DNA of 64,000 nucleotides from assembly GCA_945830165.1 (NCBI GenBank), contig CALZXR010000001.1, positions 315-64,314 on the forward strand, given 5' to 3'. A program made the translations under genes and the position numbers. Shown here piece after piece: positions 18,185 to 27,203 of the stretch; position 1 is the stretch's first letter; each line of letters begins with the position of its first letter. The notes under the pieces are model-generated. The model ran no database searches and was not told the origin of the DNA. It worked only from the letters and a program-made list of their open reading frames with translations. This DNA comes from an uncultured Lachnospiraceae bacterium. GTDB lineage: Bacteria > Bacillota > Clostridia > Lachnospirales > Lachnospiraceae.

Positions 18185-18885
18185 GCCGTACCTCCCAAAA
18201 ACTTCTTTCCGATCTCACTGTTCCTGTAGCCTTCGGCCGTCCCGTAATACAATGCCGTCTCCTGCAAATGCAGAATATGAGACGCATCCCTGACTGCACT
18301 TTCGATATCATGGGACACCATAACGACCGCAATCCCTGACATTTTATTAACTTCTTTGATCAGCTGATAAAACTCGGCTGTCACCAGCGGGTCAAGCCCG
18401 GTCACAGGCTCATCAAGCAAAAGCATTTTTTTCGTCGCGCAAAGTGCACGGGCAAGAAGGACTCTCTGGCGCTGCCCGCCGGAAAGCTCCCTAAAGCACT
18501 GCCGCTCCAGATCTTCTATTCCGAGAAGCTGCATCATTTCTTTTACTTTTTTCTTGTCCGCCGCTGTATAAAACGGCCGGAATCCACGGCTGTTGAGCCG
18601 CCCGGAAAGAACGACCTCATAGACACTGGCAGGGAAATCCTTCTGCACATCCGTCTGCTGAGGCAGGTATCCGATTTCATTCTGTTTCAGTCCGTCACCA
18701 AGCACGATCTGCCCTTTTGCCGGGGCTTTCAGCCCGAGAAGCATTTTTACAAGAGTACTTTTCCCGGAACCATTTTCGCCGACGATACAAAGATACTCCC
18801 CGGGGCTGATCTGAAAATCAAGGTCGTGCACCACGATTTGCCCTTCGTATGCCGCCGCCACTCCATCACACCGGATCAGTGCCAT
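18181..18885 (-). CDS. znuC: Metal ABC transporter ATP-binding protein, ZnuC/AdcC-like
   Basis: GENGSGKS Walker A, LSGGQRQR, LLDEP, VSHD. Confidence 0.9.
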   Translation of the reverse strand: MALIRCDGVAAAYEGQIVVHDLDFQISPGEYLCIVGENGSGKSTLVKMLLGLKAPAKGQIVLGDGLKQNEIGYLPQQTDVQKDFPASVYEVVLSGRLNSRGFRPFYTAADKKKVKEMMQLLGIEDLERQCFRELSGGQRQRVLLARALCATKKMLLLDEPVTGLDPLVTAEFYQLIKEVNKMSGIAVVMVSHDIESAVRDASHILHLQETALYYGTAEGYRNSEIGKKFLGGTA

Positions 18886-19967
18886 ACTTCCAACGCCTCC
18901 TTCAATGTTTCTACATTCTGCCACATCATACTCAAATACGTTTCCCCGCGTTCAAACTGTTCTGCCGTCAGGTTATGACAGCTGTAGAACACTTTTACAT
19001 CAGCACCGCAGGCCTCCGCAACTGCCTCTGCGACCGCACCGCTGCTGAGTTCCATTTTCAGGACAAGCGGATACCTCTCATCCCTCATTTTATTGATCAG
19101 AAATGCCATCGTTGCCGCACTCGGCTCCGTATCCGACGCACAGCCGGGAAATGCCGCATAATAACTCAAACCATATTCCTCGGTAAAATAACGAAACGGG
19201 AACCGGTCTCCAAACAGCAGCGTGTCATGTCCTTCTTCTTTTGCCTGTGCGGTCACTTCACGGAAAGCAGCATCCAATGTATATAATTCATCAATATACA
19301 CCTCCGCATTTTCCTGATATACAGATTCGTTCTTTTCATCCAGAGCGCATAGTTCTCCGGTAAGTCCTTCAACAATACGGACTGCATTTAACGGGGATGT
19401 CCATACATGCTCATCCGCCGTATGGGAATGTCCGTTCCCTGGATCCTCGTCTTCATGATCCTCTTCGTCATGCCCGTCCTCATACTCATTCTCATCTTCA
19501 TCATGCTCTTCTTCGCTGTGTTCATGCTCCCCGCGTTCCGGCTTCATTCCCTCCACGGATTCTTCTTCAAGTGTATCCACCTGATCAACCAGACGTAATG
19601 TGTGCACATTCTGCATTTCTGAAGACTCCAGGATATCTTCCACCCAGGCATCATTCTCGCCGCCCACATAGATGAACAGATCCGATTTCTGAATGGCAAT
19701 GATATCCTGAGGCGTCGGCTCGTAGGAATGTGTTTCTTCCCCCGGCTTCAGCAGCATTTTCAATTCCACTTTATCTCCTGCTATCTGACGGACAAAATCA
19801 TACTGCGGAAAAATTGTTGTCACGACAGAAAGCCTTTCTTCCGTCTCATTTTTCAGGGAATCGCGGCCGTCTTCCCGGCGGGCACACCCGCAAAAAGAAG
19901 TCAGGACAAAACAGCACACTGCCAGGGCTGTCCCTCTCCTGACCGCTTTATTCCTGAACTTTTTCAT
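18876..19967 (-). CDS. znuA: Metal ABC substrate-binding lipoprotein, ZnuA/AdcA-like, His/Glu-rich loop
   Basis: ETHSYEPTPQD, DEHVWTSP, long HEHSEEEHD... loop, lipobox-like FCGC. Exact start uncertain. Confidence 0.88.
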   Translation of the reverse strand: MKKFRNKAVRRGTALAVCCFVLTSFCGCARREDGRDSLKNETEERLSVVTTIFPQYDFVRQIAGDKVELKMLLKPGEETHSYEPTPQDIIAIQKSDLFIYVGGENDAWVEDILESSEMQNVHTLRLVDQVDTLEEESVEGMKPERGEHEHSEEEHDEDENEYEDGHDEEDHEDEDPGNGHSHTADEHVWTSPLNAVRIVEGLTGELCALDEKNESVYQENAEVYIDELYTLDAAFREVTAQAKEEGHDTLLFGDRFPFRYFTEEYGLSYYAAFPGCASDTEPSAATMAFLINKMRDERYPLVLKMELSSGAVAEAVAEACGADVKVFYSCHNLTAEQFERGETYLSMMWQNVETLKEALEVWH

Positions 19968-20442
19968 ATTTTGAAAAAACATATTCCAAATCAAAACAAG
20001 TCTGCTCCTCACTTATTTCTGTCTGCTCCCATCCTTCCATCCTGTCCAGATCCGGGAACCAGGCATCCGCCTCAAAAGCATGGTCGATTTTCGTAATATA
20101 TGCAGTGTCACAATAAGGAAGCAGCATTTTATAGATGCTCTCCCCTCCGATTACATATATGTCATCTGAATCATATTTTTTTAATTCTTCCATAAGTTCT
20201 TCCGGAGAGTGAATGATGACCGCACCCTTTACATGATAATCCGGATTAGCCGTCAGGACGATATTTGTCCGGTTCTTCAGCGGCAGCCCGTTCGGAAAGC
20301 TTTCCAGCGTCTTTCGTCCCATCACGACGACATGCCCTGTCGTCTGCTGCCGGAAGAACTTCATATCAGCCGGAATACTGACCAGCAGCCTGTTTTTATT
20401 GCCGATTGCCCAGTTTTTATCTACTGCTGCGATTGCTTTCAT
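19948..20442 (-). CDS. folA: Dihydrofolate reductase
   Basis: IPADMKFF, VMGRKTLESFP, PLKNRTNIVL, VIGGESIY. Confidence 0.96.
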   Translation of the reverse strand: MKAIAAVDKNWAIGNKNRLLVSIPADMKFFRQQTTGHVVVMGRKTLESFPNGLPLKNRTNIVLTANPDYHVKGAVIIHSPEELMEELKKYDSDDIYVIGGESIYKMLLPYCDTAYITKIDHAFEADAWFPDLDRMEGWEQTEISEEQTCFDLEYVFSKYEKVQE

Positions 20443-20478
20443 TATTGATTTCCTCCTGTACCTTTAGAATACATTTGT

Positions 20479-21327
20479 TTATACCGCCACCGGAATATTT
20501 TTAATCTGTGGATGAGTCTGATAGTTTTCCAGCCTTACATCCTCCGGAGTAAACTGATAAAAATCCGTAATTTCCGGATTCAGCCAGAAATCCGGTGCCG
20601 GAAGCGGCTCTCTTGATATCAGTTCTCTTACGAGCGGAATATGCCGGTCATAAATATGGGAGTCCGCGATCACATGTACCAGTTCCCCGGCTTTCATGCC
20701 GCATACCTGTGCCAGCATATGCAAAAGCACAGCATACTGACATACATTCCAGTTATTTGCGGTGAGGACATCCTGGGAACGCTGGTTCAGGATTCCGTTC
20801 AGCGTCAGCCTTTCGCTCCCTTTTTCCTTCGTCACATTAAATGTCATGCTGTAAGCACACGGGTACAGATTCATCTCATGTAAATCCTGATGCACATAAA
20901 TATTTGTCATAATACGGCGGCTGTACGGATTATTTTTCAAATCATAAATCACCCGTTCGACCTGGTCCATCATCCCTTCCCGGTACTGATGCTTCACCTG
21001 CATCTGATACCCGTAGGCTTTGCCGATGGAGCCGTCCTCACCTGCCCAGCTGTCCCAGATATGGCTGTTTAAATCATGAACATTATTTGACTTTTTCTGC
21101 CAGATCCAGAGCAGTTCATCCACGCAGCTTTTAATTCCTGTCCTGCGAAGGGTTAAAGCCGGGAATTCCTTTGAAAGGTCATATCTGTTCACAACGCCGA
21201 ATTTTTTAATTGTATAGGCAGAGCTTCCATCCTCCCAGACCGGGCGGACCTTCTCACCCTCAGTGCTCGTACCGTTTGTAATGATGTCTTCACACATCTC
21301 TATAAATACTTTATCTGCATAACTCAT
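20479..21327 (-). CDS. thyA: Thymidylate synthase
   Basis: YSRRIM, LYPCAY catalytic Cys, NQRSQD, DSHIYDRH. Confidence 0.96.
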   Translation of the reverse strand: MSYADKVFIEMCEDIITNGTSTEGEKVRPVWEDGSSAYTIKKFGVVNRYDLSKEFPALTLRRTGIKSCVDELLWIWQKKSNNVHDLNSHIWDSWAGEDGSIGKAYGYQMQVKHQYREGMMDQVERVIYDLKNNPYSRRIMTNIYVHQDLHEMNLYPCAYSMTFNVTKEKGSERLTLNGILNQRSQDVLTANNWNVCQYAVLLHMLAQVCGMKAGELVHVIADSHIYDRHIPLVRELISREPLPAPDFWLNPEITDFYQFTPEDVRLENYQTHPQIKNIPVAV

Positions 21328-21370
21328 GTAATTCCTCCTGTTTCACTGTACCTGTCTTTCCTCCGGATTA

Positions 21371-21805
21371 TTACGGTTCCGAAATATTGTACAACATTTT
21401 CTCCAGCCCGCGTGTGAGCGCCGCAATTTCTTTTTTTGTCATCCCCCGTGTAAGCTGCTTATCCATCTTTCTCCGGTCTGCCTCCATCCTTCTCTGGATG
21501 TCATATGCCTTTTCAGTCAAATATATATTTTTCTTCCTGCGGTCTGCCGTGCTGGGAACACAAAGGATAAATCCTTTTTCTTCCAGACGCTTCAAAATGC
21601 CGGTTACCGTCGGATTTTTCAGTGACAGGCCTTTTTCCACATCCCTCTGGTTGATTTCTTCCTTATTCGTGTGGAACAGGAAGTCAAGAACAGCACACTG
21701 GGACGATGTGATTCCCAGCCGTTTCAGCCGTTCATTTAAATCCTTTTCAAATATATTATTAATCTGTTTTACGGTAAATCCCAGCGGTTGTACTCTTCTT
21801 TCCAT
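21371..21805 (-). CDS. MarR family transcriptional regulator
   Basis: Winged HTH (TVTGILKRLEEKGFI, DRRKKNIYLTEKA); start MERRV after AGGAG. Confidence 0.92.
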   Translation of the reverse strand: MERRVQPLGFTVKQINNIFEKDLNERLKRLGITSSQCAVLDFLFHTNKEEINQRDVEKGLSLKNPTVTGILKRLEEKGFILCVPSTADRRKKNIYLTEKAYDIQRRMEADRRKMDKQLTRGMTKKEIAALTRGLEKMLYNISEP

Positions 21806-21834
21806 TTTTATCTCCTGAAATTCCATGTCCCGGT

Positions 21835-21883
21835 TAGATAGCTTGCTATCTATAGTTATAACATGGATAAAAGCAGCTGTCCA
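21835..21883 (-). promoter_or_regulatory. Internal promoter with putative MarR operator
   Basis: Minus strand TGGACA (21883-78), 17 nt, TG-n-TATAAC (21860-55); perfect palindrome TAGATAGC-TT-GCTATCTA at 21835-52 over the predicted start site. Confidence 0.7.
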
Positions 21884-22407
21884 CCGTTATCTTTCAGCCA
21901 TTGTCTCCATCGCCGGTAATCTGGTATCACTTTTTCTACCTCCTGCCAGAATTTCGGAGAATGGTTCATTTCTTTCCGGTGGCATAGTTCATGAACCACA
22001 ACATAATCCAGCACTTCCGGCGGGGCCAGCATCAAAAGACAGTTAAAATTCAGATTTCCCTTACTGCTGCAGCTCCCCCATCGCGTCTTCTGATTACGGA
22101 TGGTGATACGCCCGTAAGTCACCCCCATTTTTCCGGCATAATATCTGACTCGATCCGGGATAACAGACATTGCCTCATCTGCCAGCTCATTAAGCCTGTC
22201 AGGAGTGATCCGCGGAATTGAAGCCGCCTGCCTCCTGCGCTCCTTCATTTTTATAAGATGCTGCTCTACCCAGCCTTCATGCTGTTTTAAATATTTTCTG
22301 ATCTCAGAGTCAGACATCCGATAGGGAGCGCGCACCAGAATCTCCGCTTCTTCTGTTATTTGTATGGATAAGGTTTTCCTGCTGCTCCTTATTACTTTAT
22401 AATCCAT
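21856..22407 (-). CDS. M48/YgjP (SprT-like) family metal-dependent hydrolase
   Basis: KTRWGSCS, FNCLLMLAP, YVVVHELCH (HExxH), NHSPKFW. Confidence 0.9.
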   Translation of the reverse strand: MDYKVIRSSRKTLSIQITEEAEILVRAPYRMSDSEIRKYLKQHEGWVEQHLIKMKERRRQAASIPRITPDRLNELADEAMSVIPDRVRYYAGKMGVTYGRITIRNQKTRWGSCSSKGNLNFNCLLMLAPPEVLDYVVVHELCHRKEMNHSPKFWQEVEKVIPDYRRWRQWLKDNGGQLLLSML

Positions 22408-22424
22408 ATCTGAGGGTCCCTGCC

Positions 22425-23144
22425 TTACTGACGCTCCGCATCGGACACCGCTTCCACATCAATCTGTGCCAGGTTTCTAAGCGCATCCATCCTGCCGTCA
22501 AGCTCCGCACTCAGGTCTGCACAATACTGCAGTTCTTTTGCCATTTCTTCCGTAAATGCAAACTCTTTTTTATAACGTAACTGATGCTCAAGGCTCGCCC
22601 AGAAATCCATTGCTATGGTACGAAGCTGTATCTCGACCTTCATCATACGCTTTTCACGGGCCAGAAAAATCGGGACAGTTACAATCAAATGCAGACTCCG
22701 GTATCCGTTCGGCTTCGGATTTTTAATATAATCCTTCCGTTCCACCAGCGTAATATCATCCTGCTTCAGCAATGCTTCAGCCAGCATATACACATCTTCC
22801 GGAAAAGAACAAATCACACGGACGCCGGCTACATCGTGCAGATTTTCCTTTATAGCATCAACAGAAAACGGTAAATCATTTTTTTCCAGTTTTTCTTTTA
22901 TGCTCATCGGATTTTTCAGCCTTGTCTTGATACTGCTGATCGGATTTCGATCATAACGAAGTGAAAATTCTTCGTTGAGCACATTAAATTTCGTCTCGAT
23001 TTCCATAATGGCACAACGGTAATATGCCATCAGTTTATTATACTGCTGTATCCACGGTTTTGATTTCTCAAACAGCTCACCATTCAATATAGCGTTTATC
23101 TGTTCATTATATAATCCTTCATTTTCAGATGTCTTTTCCATCAT
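22425..23144 (-). CDS. Small alarmone synthetase (RelP/RelQ, YwaC/YjbM-like)
   Basis: RLKNPMSI, DVAGVRVIC, KPNGYRSLH, EIQLRTIAMDFWASLEHQLRYK; no hydrolase or regulatory domains. Confidence 0.92.
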   Translation of the reverse strand: MMEKTSENEGLYNEQINAILNGELFEKSKPWIQQYNKLMAYYRCAIMEIETKFNVLNEEFSLRYDRNPISSIKTRLKNPMSIKEKLEKNDLPFSVDAIKENLHDVAGVRVICSFPEDVYMLAEALLKQDDITLVERKDYIKNPKPNGYRSLHLIVTVPIFLAREKRMMKVEIQLRTIAMDFWASLEHQLRYKKEFAFTEEMAKELQYCADLSAELDGRMDALRNLAQIDVEAVSDAERQ

Positions 23145-23166
23145 TGTCATCTCCTTATTCTTTCTT

Positions 23167-23697
23167 TTATGCTTCCTGCCTGTTCTCAAGCTGTTGTTTC
23201 GACAATTCCATTTCGCGCCTTCTCCATACTTCTTCCCTGAAAATCCGGTATTCTTCTGACCTTCCGTTTTCTACAAATCCGAGGCGTCTGTAACATTTCT
23301 GCGCGGGCAGATTGTTATCAAATACTCCAAGAATAACTTTACTGACTTTCAGCACTTCAAAAGCATAAGTAAATGCGGTTTCCAGCATCTTAGTCCCAAG
23401 ACCTGTACCCCGTCTTGATGAGTCTACCATAATATTGCCGAACCAGATACTGCTTTCCTCCCAGTCAGGCTTTTCCATGCGGATATGCCCCACCGGAATT
23501 CCTTTTTCATCGATGGCAGTCATAAGAAAACCTTCCGGTTCATTCTCGTAACGTTCTTTATATAGATTCAACTGTTCTTTTGTCAACGGATAACGGAAAT
23601 ATCCTGCACCCCACAGAGCCAGTGCCTCTTCATCCCCTGCCCATCGGATAAGAAAATCCTCATCCATTGATTTATATGGACGTAACCTGACTATCAT
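23167..23697 (-). CDS. GNAT family N-acetyltransferase (RimJ/RimL-like)
   Basis: RRGTGLG acetyl-CoA motif, VFDNNLPAQKCYRRLGF; RBS AGGAGG. Confidence 0.88.
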   Translation of the reverse strand: MIVRLRPYKSMDEDFLIRWAGDEEALALWGAGYFRYPLTKEQLNLYKERYENEPEGFLMTAIDEKGIPVGHIRMEKPDWEESSIWFGNIMVDSSRRGTGLGTKMLETAFTYAFEVLKVSKVILGVFDNNLPAQKCYRRLGFVENGRSEEYRIFREEVWRRREMELSKQQLENRQEA

Positions 23698-23719
23698 AAC
23701 AAACCTCCTATTGTCAGAT

Positions 23720-23764
23720 AAAACAAAAACCGCAATCCTGATATTCCTATCAAAATTACGGTTT
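23720..23764 (-). terminator. Intrinsic terminator after tRNA-Gly(GCC)
   Basis: Minus strand AAACCGTAATTTTGATA-GGAA-TATCAGGATTGCGGTTT followed by TTGTTTT. Confidence 0.75.
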
Positions 23765-23770
23765 GTAAAG

Positions 23771-23843
23771 AGCGATAGACGGGGTTCGAACCCGCGACCC
23801 CGACCTTGGCAAGGTCGTACTCTACCAACTGAGCCACTATCGC
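23771..23843 (-). tRNA. tRNA-Gly(GCC)
   Basis: Reverse complement GCGATAGTGGCTCAGTTGGTAGAGTACGACCTTGCCAAGGTCGGGGTCGCGGGTTCGAACCCCGTCTATCGCT forms a canonical cloverleaf with anticodon GCC. Confidence 0.96.
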
Positions 23844-23878
23844 GTCTGTTTTATGCGTTCCTCATCGGAACAATATGA

Positions 23879-23907
23879 AGTATACAATATAAGTCTCAGA
23901 ATGTCAA
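23879..23907 (-). promoter_or_regulatory. SigA promoter of tRNA-Gly(GCC)
   Basis: Minus strand TTGACA, 17 nt, TATACT. Confidence 0.8.
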
Positions 23908-24060
23908 TAATTTTTTTAAATTTTTTGATTTTTTATATTAATCAAAATATAAACACTATAACAAGGTACTTTATATCCGCGGAGAAACATATCAGGACAC
24001 TATCACCAATAATAAGTTTCCCCGCAGTACGCTGCTCTATTGCTTTTTCAGAAAAACCGA

Positions 24061-25851
24061 TTATTCTTCGTCCGTCACAACAGAAAGCCCAAGCTCATCG
24101 AGCTGTTTTTGGTCAACTCTGGTAGGTGCTTCTGTCATCAGGTCTGACGCATCTTTTACCTTCGGGAATGCGATAACATCACGAATACTGTCCTGCTTTG
24201 CCATCAGCATTACCAGGCGGTCCAGTCCGTATGCAAGTCCTGCGTGAGGCGGTACACCATATTTGAAAGCCGTAAGCAGGAAACCGAACTGTTCCTGTGC
24301 CTGTTCCGGAGTAAATCCAAGCACCTCAAACATCTTGCTCTGAATCTCAGGATTAAAGATACGCACACTTCCGCCGCCGATCTCATTTCCATTCAAAGTA
24401 ATATCATAGGCTTTTGCACGTACACGTCCCGGATCACTGTCAATGTACTGTAAATCTTCTTCCATCGGCATGGTAAACGGATGATGCATCGCCGTAAAAC
24501 GATTCTGTTCTTCACTCCACTCAAGAAGCGGGAATTCCGTGATCCAGAGGAATTTATACTCACTCTTGTCAAGAAGATCCATCTGGCGGGCAAGCTCAAG
24601 ACGCAGTGCGCCGAGCACATCCCATACCACTTTATTCTTATCGGCAGCAAACAGAAGAAGATCTCCGTTCCCGCCTCCCATAGCTTCAATCAGCGCTTTC
24701 ATCTCATCTTCTGTCATGAATTTTGAAAAGGAAGATTTTACAGTTCCGTCCCCCTGGATTGCAATATAAGCCAGTCCTTTTGCACCGTAATCCTTTGCAA
24801 AGGACACAAGTTTATCAATCTTCTTTCTCGGCATCTCCCCCTGCCCTTTTGCATTGATGCCACGGACAGTTCCTCCATTTTCAATCGCATTCTTAAACAC
24901 GACAAATTCACAGTCTTTTACCACTTCCGTTACATTGTTAAGTTCCATACCAAAACGGGTATCCGGCTTGTCAGAGCCATATCGGTCCATTGCTTCCTGC
25001 CAGGTCATTCTCGGAATAGGAAGAGATACCTCAATTCCGAGGACCTCCTTGAATATTTTTGCCAGAAGCCTTTCATTTACATCTATCACATCGTCTACAT
25101 CAACAAAAGACAGCTCCATATCTATCTGTGTAAACTCCGGCTGGCGGTCTGCACGTAAATCCTCATCGCGGAAACATTTTGCGATCTGGAAATAGCGGTC
25201 ATATCCGGAGCACATCAAAAGCTGTTTGAAAAGCTGCGGTGACTGTGGCAGCGCATAAAAATGTCCCTGATGAATACGGCTTGGCACAAGATAATCCCTG
25301 GCACCTTCCGGGGTACTTCCGATCAGGATCGGTGTCTCTATTTCCAGAAATCCTTCCTCCGCAAGAAACTGTCTTGTTAAAGTTGCCACCTTGCTTCTCA
25401 TCATAAGATTGCGCTGCAGATCCGGTCTCCTGAGATCCAGATAACGGTATTTCAGGCGCACTTCTTCCTTAGTCTTGGAATTTTCCTCGATCGGAAACGG
25501 CGGTGTTTCAGACTCTGATAAAACGCGCAGCTGCTGCGGAATAATCTCTATCTCTCCCGTAGCCAGGTTATCATTTACCGCGCCTGACCGTCTCTCCACC
25601 TTACCTACAACTGCAACTACATATTCTGCACGAAGTTTTGCAGCCTTTTCAATCAAAGACGCTTCAGATTTGCCTTCTTCAAACACTACCTGAATAATAC
25701 CGGAACGGTCTCTGACATCAACAAAGACCAGTCCTCCCTTATTACGATTTTTCTGCACCCATCCCATGATGGTCACTGTCTCACCCACATTTGCAGCGGA
25801 AAGCTCCGCGCAGCGGTGTGTCCGATGCAGTCCTTTCATTGATTCTGCCAT
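24061..25851 (-). CDS. aspS: Aspartate--tRNA ligase
   Basis: RTHRC, YALPQSPQLFKQ, FRDEDLRADRQPEFTQ, GLDRLVM. Confidence 0.97.
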   Translation of the reverse strand: MAESMKGLHRTHRCAELSAANVGETVTIMGWVQKNRNKGGLVFVDVRDRSGIIQVVFEEGKSEASLIEKAAKLRAEYVVAVVGKVERRSGAVNDNLATGEIEIIPQQLRVLSESETPPFPIEENSKTKEEVRLKYRYLDLRRPDLQRNLMMRSKVATLTRQFLAEEGFLEIETPILIGSTPEGARDYLVPSRIHQGHFYALPQSPQLFKQLLMCSGYDRYFQIAKCFRDEDLRADRQPEFTQIDMELSFVDVDDVIDVNERLLAKIFKEVLGIEVSLPIPRMTWQEAMDRYGSDKPDTRFGMELNNVTEVVKDCEFVVFKNAIENGGTVRGINAKGQGEMPRKKIDKLVSFAKDYGAKGLAYIAIQGDGTVKSSFSKFMTEDEMKALIEAMGGGNGDLLLFAADKNKVVWDVLGALRLELARQMDLLDKSEYKFLWITEFPLLEWSEEQNRFTAMHHPFTMPMEEDLQYIDSDPGRVRAKAYDITLNGNEIGGGSVRIFNPEIQSKMFEVLGFTPEQAQEQFGFLLTAFKYGVPPHAGLAYGLDRLVMLMAKQDSIRDVIAFPKVKDASDLMTEAPTRVDQKQLDELGLSVVTDEE

Positions 25852-25952
25852 AATTGTATCCTCTCTTCCTGACTTTACGATTTCGATTTATCAAATCCTC
25901 TGTTCTCCTGAATTTTTATCTGGGAGAAATCGACGCAATTCTTTAACAATCT

Positions 25953-27203
25953 TTATTTCCGGAAAATTTCTGTAATATCCGTATACCCCTGCTGTATCAG
26001 CTGGTCTTTCTGGAATTTTTTATTTTTCTTCATATTGGCAATCTGCACCTGCTTTCCTTCTGCCCGGTCAGCCTTCGCCATTTCCAACACCTCAAGGATC
26101 TCATCCTGTGTCAGATTCTTGTCCAGCAGATATGCCTTTTTCTCGCGACTTGACGGAATCTTGTATCCGCGCTCAAGGAGCAGCATAACTATCCGCTCAA
26201 AACCGATGGAAAATCCGACCGCAGGCGTATCCTGTCCGGTAAACTTTCCGATCATCTTGTCATAACGTCCGCCGCCGCCGACAGAACCGCCGAACTCGTC
26301 CATGGAAATTTCAAAAATAGTTCCTGTATAATAAGACATTCCGCGCACCAGCGTCGGGTCGAAGCTGATTTTGAAATCCGCCTCTTTCGCACTTTCCACG
26401 CTTGTGATAATCATTTCGAGAGAATCTGCCGCACCTTCCGGGAGAAATCCTTTCAGTGTCTCTTTACACCAGCGGACACCCGCCACATCATTCGTAATCT
26501 CTTTAAATATCCGGAGATATTTTTCAATGGATTCTTTTGCATATCCGTTATCCTCCAATTCGGCCTGTACACCGTCCAGACCGATCTTGTCCATCTTATC
26601 AAGCGTAATGAAAATGCTGTCATAGTCTTCTTCCGCAAATCCGCTGTATGCCGCCATCGCCTTCAGGATGCGCCTGTCATTGATGCGGATAGTAAAATTG
26701 TGGAAATCCAACTTTCCCAGCAGCGTCGTGGTTGCCAGAATAAGCTCGATCTCCGCCAGATTGGACGGTTCACCCAGAATATCAATGTCGCACTGCATAA
26801 ACTGACGGAAGCGCCCCCTCTGCGGGCGGTCTGCCCTCCACACATTTCCCATCTGGAGAGCTTTAAAAGGAGACGGTAGCACGTTCGCATTATTGGAATA
26901 ATAACGGGAAAGCGGAACAGTAAGATCGTAACGCAGGCCTCCGTCCACCAGATCGGCTTCTTCTTTTGCCGTTTCAAGTTTCAGCTTCTCTCCACGCTTT
27001 AATATTTTAAAAATCAGCTTTTCATTGTCTCCACCCTGCTTGCTGCACAAATTCTCGATGTGCTCCACGCAGGGTGTCTCAATGGAAGAAAACCCAAATG
27101 CCTTATAAGTCTCTTTAATCAATCCAATCACATAATCCCGGATTTCCATTTCTTCCGGCATCATGTCCTTCATTCCGGTAACCGGTTTCTTCTTTAATGC
27201 CAT
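25953..27203 (-). CDS. hisS: Histidine--tRNA ligase
   Basis: LRYDLTVPLSR, GRFRQFMQCD, LVRGMSYYTG, GGGRYD. Confidence 0.95.
   Translation of the reverse strand: MALKKKPVTGMKDMMPEEMEIRDYVIGLIKETYKAFGFSSIETPCVEHIENLCSKQGGDNEKLIFKILKRGEKLKLETAKEEADLVDGGLRYDLTVPLSRYYSNNANVLPSPFKALQMGNVWRADRPQRGRFRQFMQCDIDILGEPSNLAEIELILATTTLLGKLDFHNFTIRINDRRILKAMAAYSGFAEEDYDSIFITLDKMDKIGLDGVQAELEDNGYAKESIEKYLRIFKEITNDVAGVRWCKETLKGFLPEGAADSLEMIITSVESAKEADFKISFDPTLVRGMSYYTGTIFEISMDEFGGSVGGGGRYDKMIGKFTGQDTPAVGFSIGFERIVMLLLERGYKIPSSREKKAYLLDKNLTQDEILEVLEMAKADRAEGKQVQIANMKKNKKFQKDQLIQQGYTDITEIFRK

Noticed and set aside
21371-21805. MarR as an AdcR/ZitR zinc sensor
   Set aside because: It has a single His and lacks the His cluster that binds Zn in AdcR.
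22425-23697. GNAT or SAS as tRNA-targeting toxins of a toxin-antitoxin pair next to tRNA-Gly
   Set aside because: The GNAT is RimJ/RimL-like with no RHH antitoxin partner, and the SAS looks like housekeeping RelP/RelQ. Only a toxicity test would fully exclude this.
23727-23764. Zur box (arms resemble AAATCGTAAT / ATTACGATTT)
   Set aside because: The arms are 18 nt apart rather than 1, the spacer itself pairs, and a U tract follows, so it is better explained as the tRNA terminator.
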